Source: Candidatus Limnocylindria bacterium (lineage in GTDB: Bacteria > Chloroflexota > Limnocylindria > P2-11E). From it: a stretch of DNA of 61,175 nt. Position numbers and translations under genes: made by a program. This document shows positions 59,788 through 61,175 of this stretch, piece by piece. The notes beneath the pieces were generated by a model. It saw only the letters and a program-made list of their open reading frames with translations. It was not told the DNA's origin and did no database searches. The stretch's first letter is position 1; each line of letters opens with the position of its first letter. The stretch spans positions 1 through 61,175 of the forward strand of contig DATCOD010000064.1 in assembly GCA_036564905.1 (NCBI GenBank), read 5' to 3'.

Positions 59788-60945
59788 ATGACCACGACGA
59801 TCGCGCGCCCCGACGCACCCGAGCTCGCATCGACCGCGCTCTTGCCGCCCGGCTTCGAGGTGCCCGCGTCCCGCTGGACGCACCCGAGCACGCGGATGCG
59901 TCAGCTCCTCGAGACCGAGCCGTACCTGTTCGGTCCGGGCGTGTACGACCCGATGGGCGCGCAGCTCGCGATGTACCACGGGTTCAAGTCCATCTACTTC
60001 AGCGGCTACAGTTTCGCGATCGGCCATCTCGGGACGACCGACATGGACCTGTACACCGGGCCTGAGATCGCGGATGCCGCCGGTCGCACCGTGTCCGCGC
60101 TCCGGAAGTTCCAGCTCACCCAAGCCGTCGGCGATCCGGAAAAGGGCACCGTGCCGCGGCATCTCGACATCCCGCCGGTCGTCGTCGACATGGACGGCGG
60201 TTACGGCAACATCTTCAACGTCCAGCGCACGACCGAGCTGTACGTGAACGCGGGCGTGGCCGCGGCGCACATCGAGGACCAGGTGCTGCCGAAGCGCTGC
60301 GGGCACATCGGCGGCAAGGCGCTCATCCCGGCCAACGAGATGATCGGCAAGCTGCGGATGGCCCGCGCCGTCGCTGAGGATCTCGGCAACGCCGACTTCG
60401 TCATCATCGCGCGCACCGACGGCCTCTCGGCCATCGACGCACCGGAGCCGGCCAGGGGCCTCGAGCTCGCGATCGAGCGCGCGCTCCGCTACCTGGACAC
60501 CGGCCTGCCCGACCTCGTCTGGTGCGAGTTCCCGACCTCGGACCGGGGTCCGGTCGAGACGTTCGCCGACCAGGTGCGGCGGCGCTTCCCGAGCGCACGC
60601 TTCGCGTTCAACTGGTCCAGCTCGTTCAAGTGGTTCAACGATCCGGCGCCGATCAGCTTCGCCGATCTCGGCGCGCTCGGCTACAAGTTCGTGTTCATCA
60701 CCCTCGGCGCGCAGCACGCCATGGGGCATGGCCTCTCCCAGCTGCTCCAGTCGATGGCCGAGACCGAGGAGCAGGGCTACATCGCGCTACAGAAGCAGGA
60801 GTGGGAGCCTGGCGCGGACTTCCCGACGAAGAGCCACCACTTCTTCTCGGGCGTCCCGTACCACCAGCTCATCGGCAAGCACTACGACGCGGCGCGGCTC
60901 GGGACGGAGTTCGCGGAGCACCTGCCGGCGGAGCGAGTCGTATGA
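59788..60945 (+). CDS. Isocitrate lyase / PEP mutase superfamily enzyme (short ICL-like form)
   Basis: SD AAGGAG. 'YFSGYS', 'VVDMDGGYGN', 'AAAHIEDQVLPKRCGHIGGK' (K[KR]CGH signature), 'IIARTD'. Confidence 0.85.
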   Translation: MTTTIARPDAPELASTALLPPGFEVPASRWTHPSTRMRQLLETEPYLFGPGVYDPMGAQLAMYHGFKSIYFSGYSFAIGHLGTTDMDLYTGPEIADAAGRTVSALRKFQLTQAVGDPEKGTVPRHLDIPPVVVDMDGGYGNIFNVQRTTELYVNAGVAAAHIEDQVLPKRCGHIGGKALIPANEMIGKLRMARAVAEDLGNADFVIIARTDGLSAIDAPEPARGLELAIERALRYLDTGLPDLVWCEFPTSDRGPVETFADQVRRRFPSARFAFNWSSSFKWFNDPAPISFADLGALGYKFVFITLGAQHAMGHGLSQLLQSMAETEEQGYIALQKQEWEPGADFPTKSHHFFSGVPYHQLIGKHYDAARLGTEFAEHLPAERVV

Positions 60946-61064
60946 CGGGAGATGACGACCCGGCCACCGCGGCGGAAACCGATCCGGATCGCTCGCCCGA
61001 GCCGGAGAGCTGGTTTGCCGAGCAGGCGCGACTGCTCGTGCTCGAGGAGGGTCGCGGGCTATAG
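60942..61064 (+). CDS. Small acidic ORF (40 aa) coupled to the ICL-family gene
   Basis: ATGA overlap with the ICL stop; mostly G/C third positions. No family recognised. Confidence 0.3.
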   Translation: MTGDDDPATAAETDPDRSPEPESWFAEQARLLVLEEGRGL

Positions 61065-61175
61065 GCGGGACCCAAGAAAGGCTGTTCGCCTGCCCTTCCT
61101 TGCGGAGTGGGTCCTGCCGTCGCATCGCGGATGAGTCTCCAGAGACATCGACAGGTGGCTCTCACGCCCTAGAGC

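Noticed and set aside
61067-61114. Hairpin GGGACCCA...TGGGTCC after the ICL-family operon as an intrinsic terminator.
   Set aside because: The stem is only 7-8 bp around a roughly 33-nt poorly paired loop, and no T-tract follows it. It is also too close to the window edge to see context.

Overview
This is a 61.2-kb, very GC-rich chromosomal segment; I judged GC by eye and did not compute it. The gene content looks actinobacterial or Chloroflexi-like: an F420-type PPOX protein, an SCO1664-family protein, LigC plus a stand-alone LigD polymerase domain, and many 4-nt ATGA/GTGA gene overlaps. All calls come from reading the six-frame translations for family motifs. No database search was run.

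I support about 60 protein genes and one tRNA, tRNA-Gly(CCC). I see no rRNA, transposase, integrase or CRISPR array.

Content in order:
- CitA/CitB-like two-component pair, then msrA and chrA.
- A minus-strand block: cyclase-homology STAND protein, acyl-CoA thioesterase and a TAXI-TRAP transporter.
- dCTP deaminase-like gene, amidohydrolase and a truncated LarC.
- hutU and hutH, separated by a thiolase and small membrane genes.
- DAHP synthase, then an orphan OmpR regulator.
- Rhodanese and VIT1.
- A coupled GT4 / GH130 / unknown operon.
- Sulfite-oxidase-like enzyme and a GAF-GGDEF cyclase.
- NHEJ parts (LigC, LigD polymerase domain) with a receiver gene between them.
- Membrane GT2 with a Pro-rich repeat tail.
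- Ferrochelatase / radical-SAM / HemY heme cluster.
- Hsp70-like ATPase, FMO, and an M20 / DUF983 / PRTase / GNAT / MFS run.
- A lower-GC patch with two tandem HNH endonuclease paralogs next to the tRNA.
- Polytopic Ser/Thr kinase, then glgA / GalT-like / Nudix-like.
- CPBP protease, and a LysR regulator divergent from an isocitrate-lyase-family gene.

Best candidates for something undescribed:
1. A tandem HNH nuclease pair behind a perfect LexA (Cheo-type) box and fused to tRNA-Gly.
2. An AhbD-like radical SAM/SPASM gene translationally coupled between ferrochelatase and HemY.
3. The GT4 / GH130 / unknown operon with a strong-SD leader ORF.
4. The glgA / GalT-like / Nudix-like trio centred on ADP-glucose.
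5. Two gene pairs separated only by one in-frame stop codon, where the downstream gene has no ATG/GTG/TTG start.
6. An AATCA-repeat-rich non-coding block.

None of these is proven from sequence alone.
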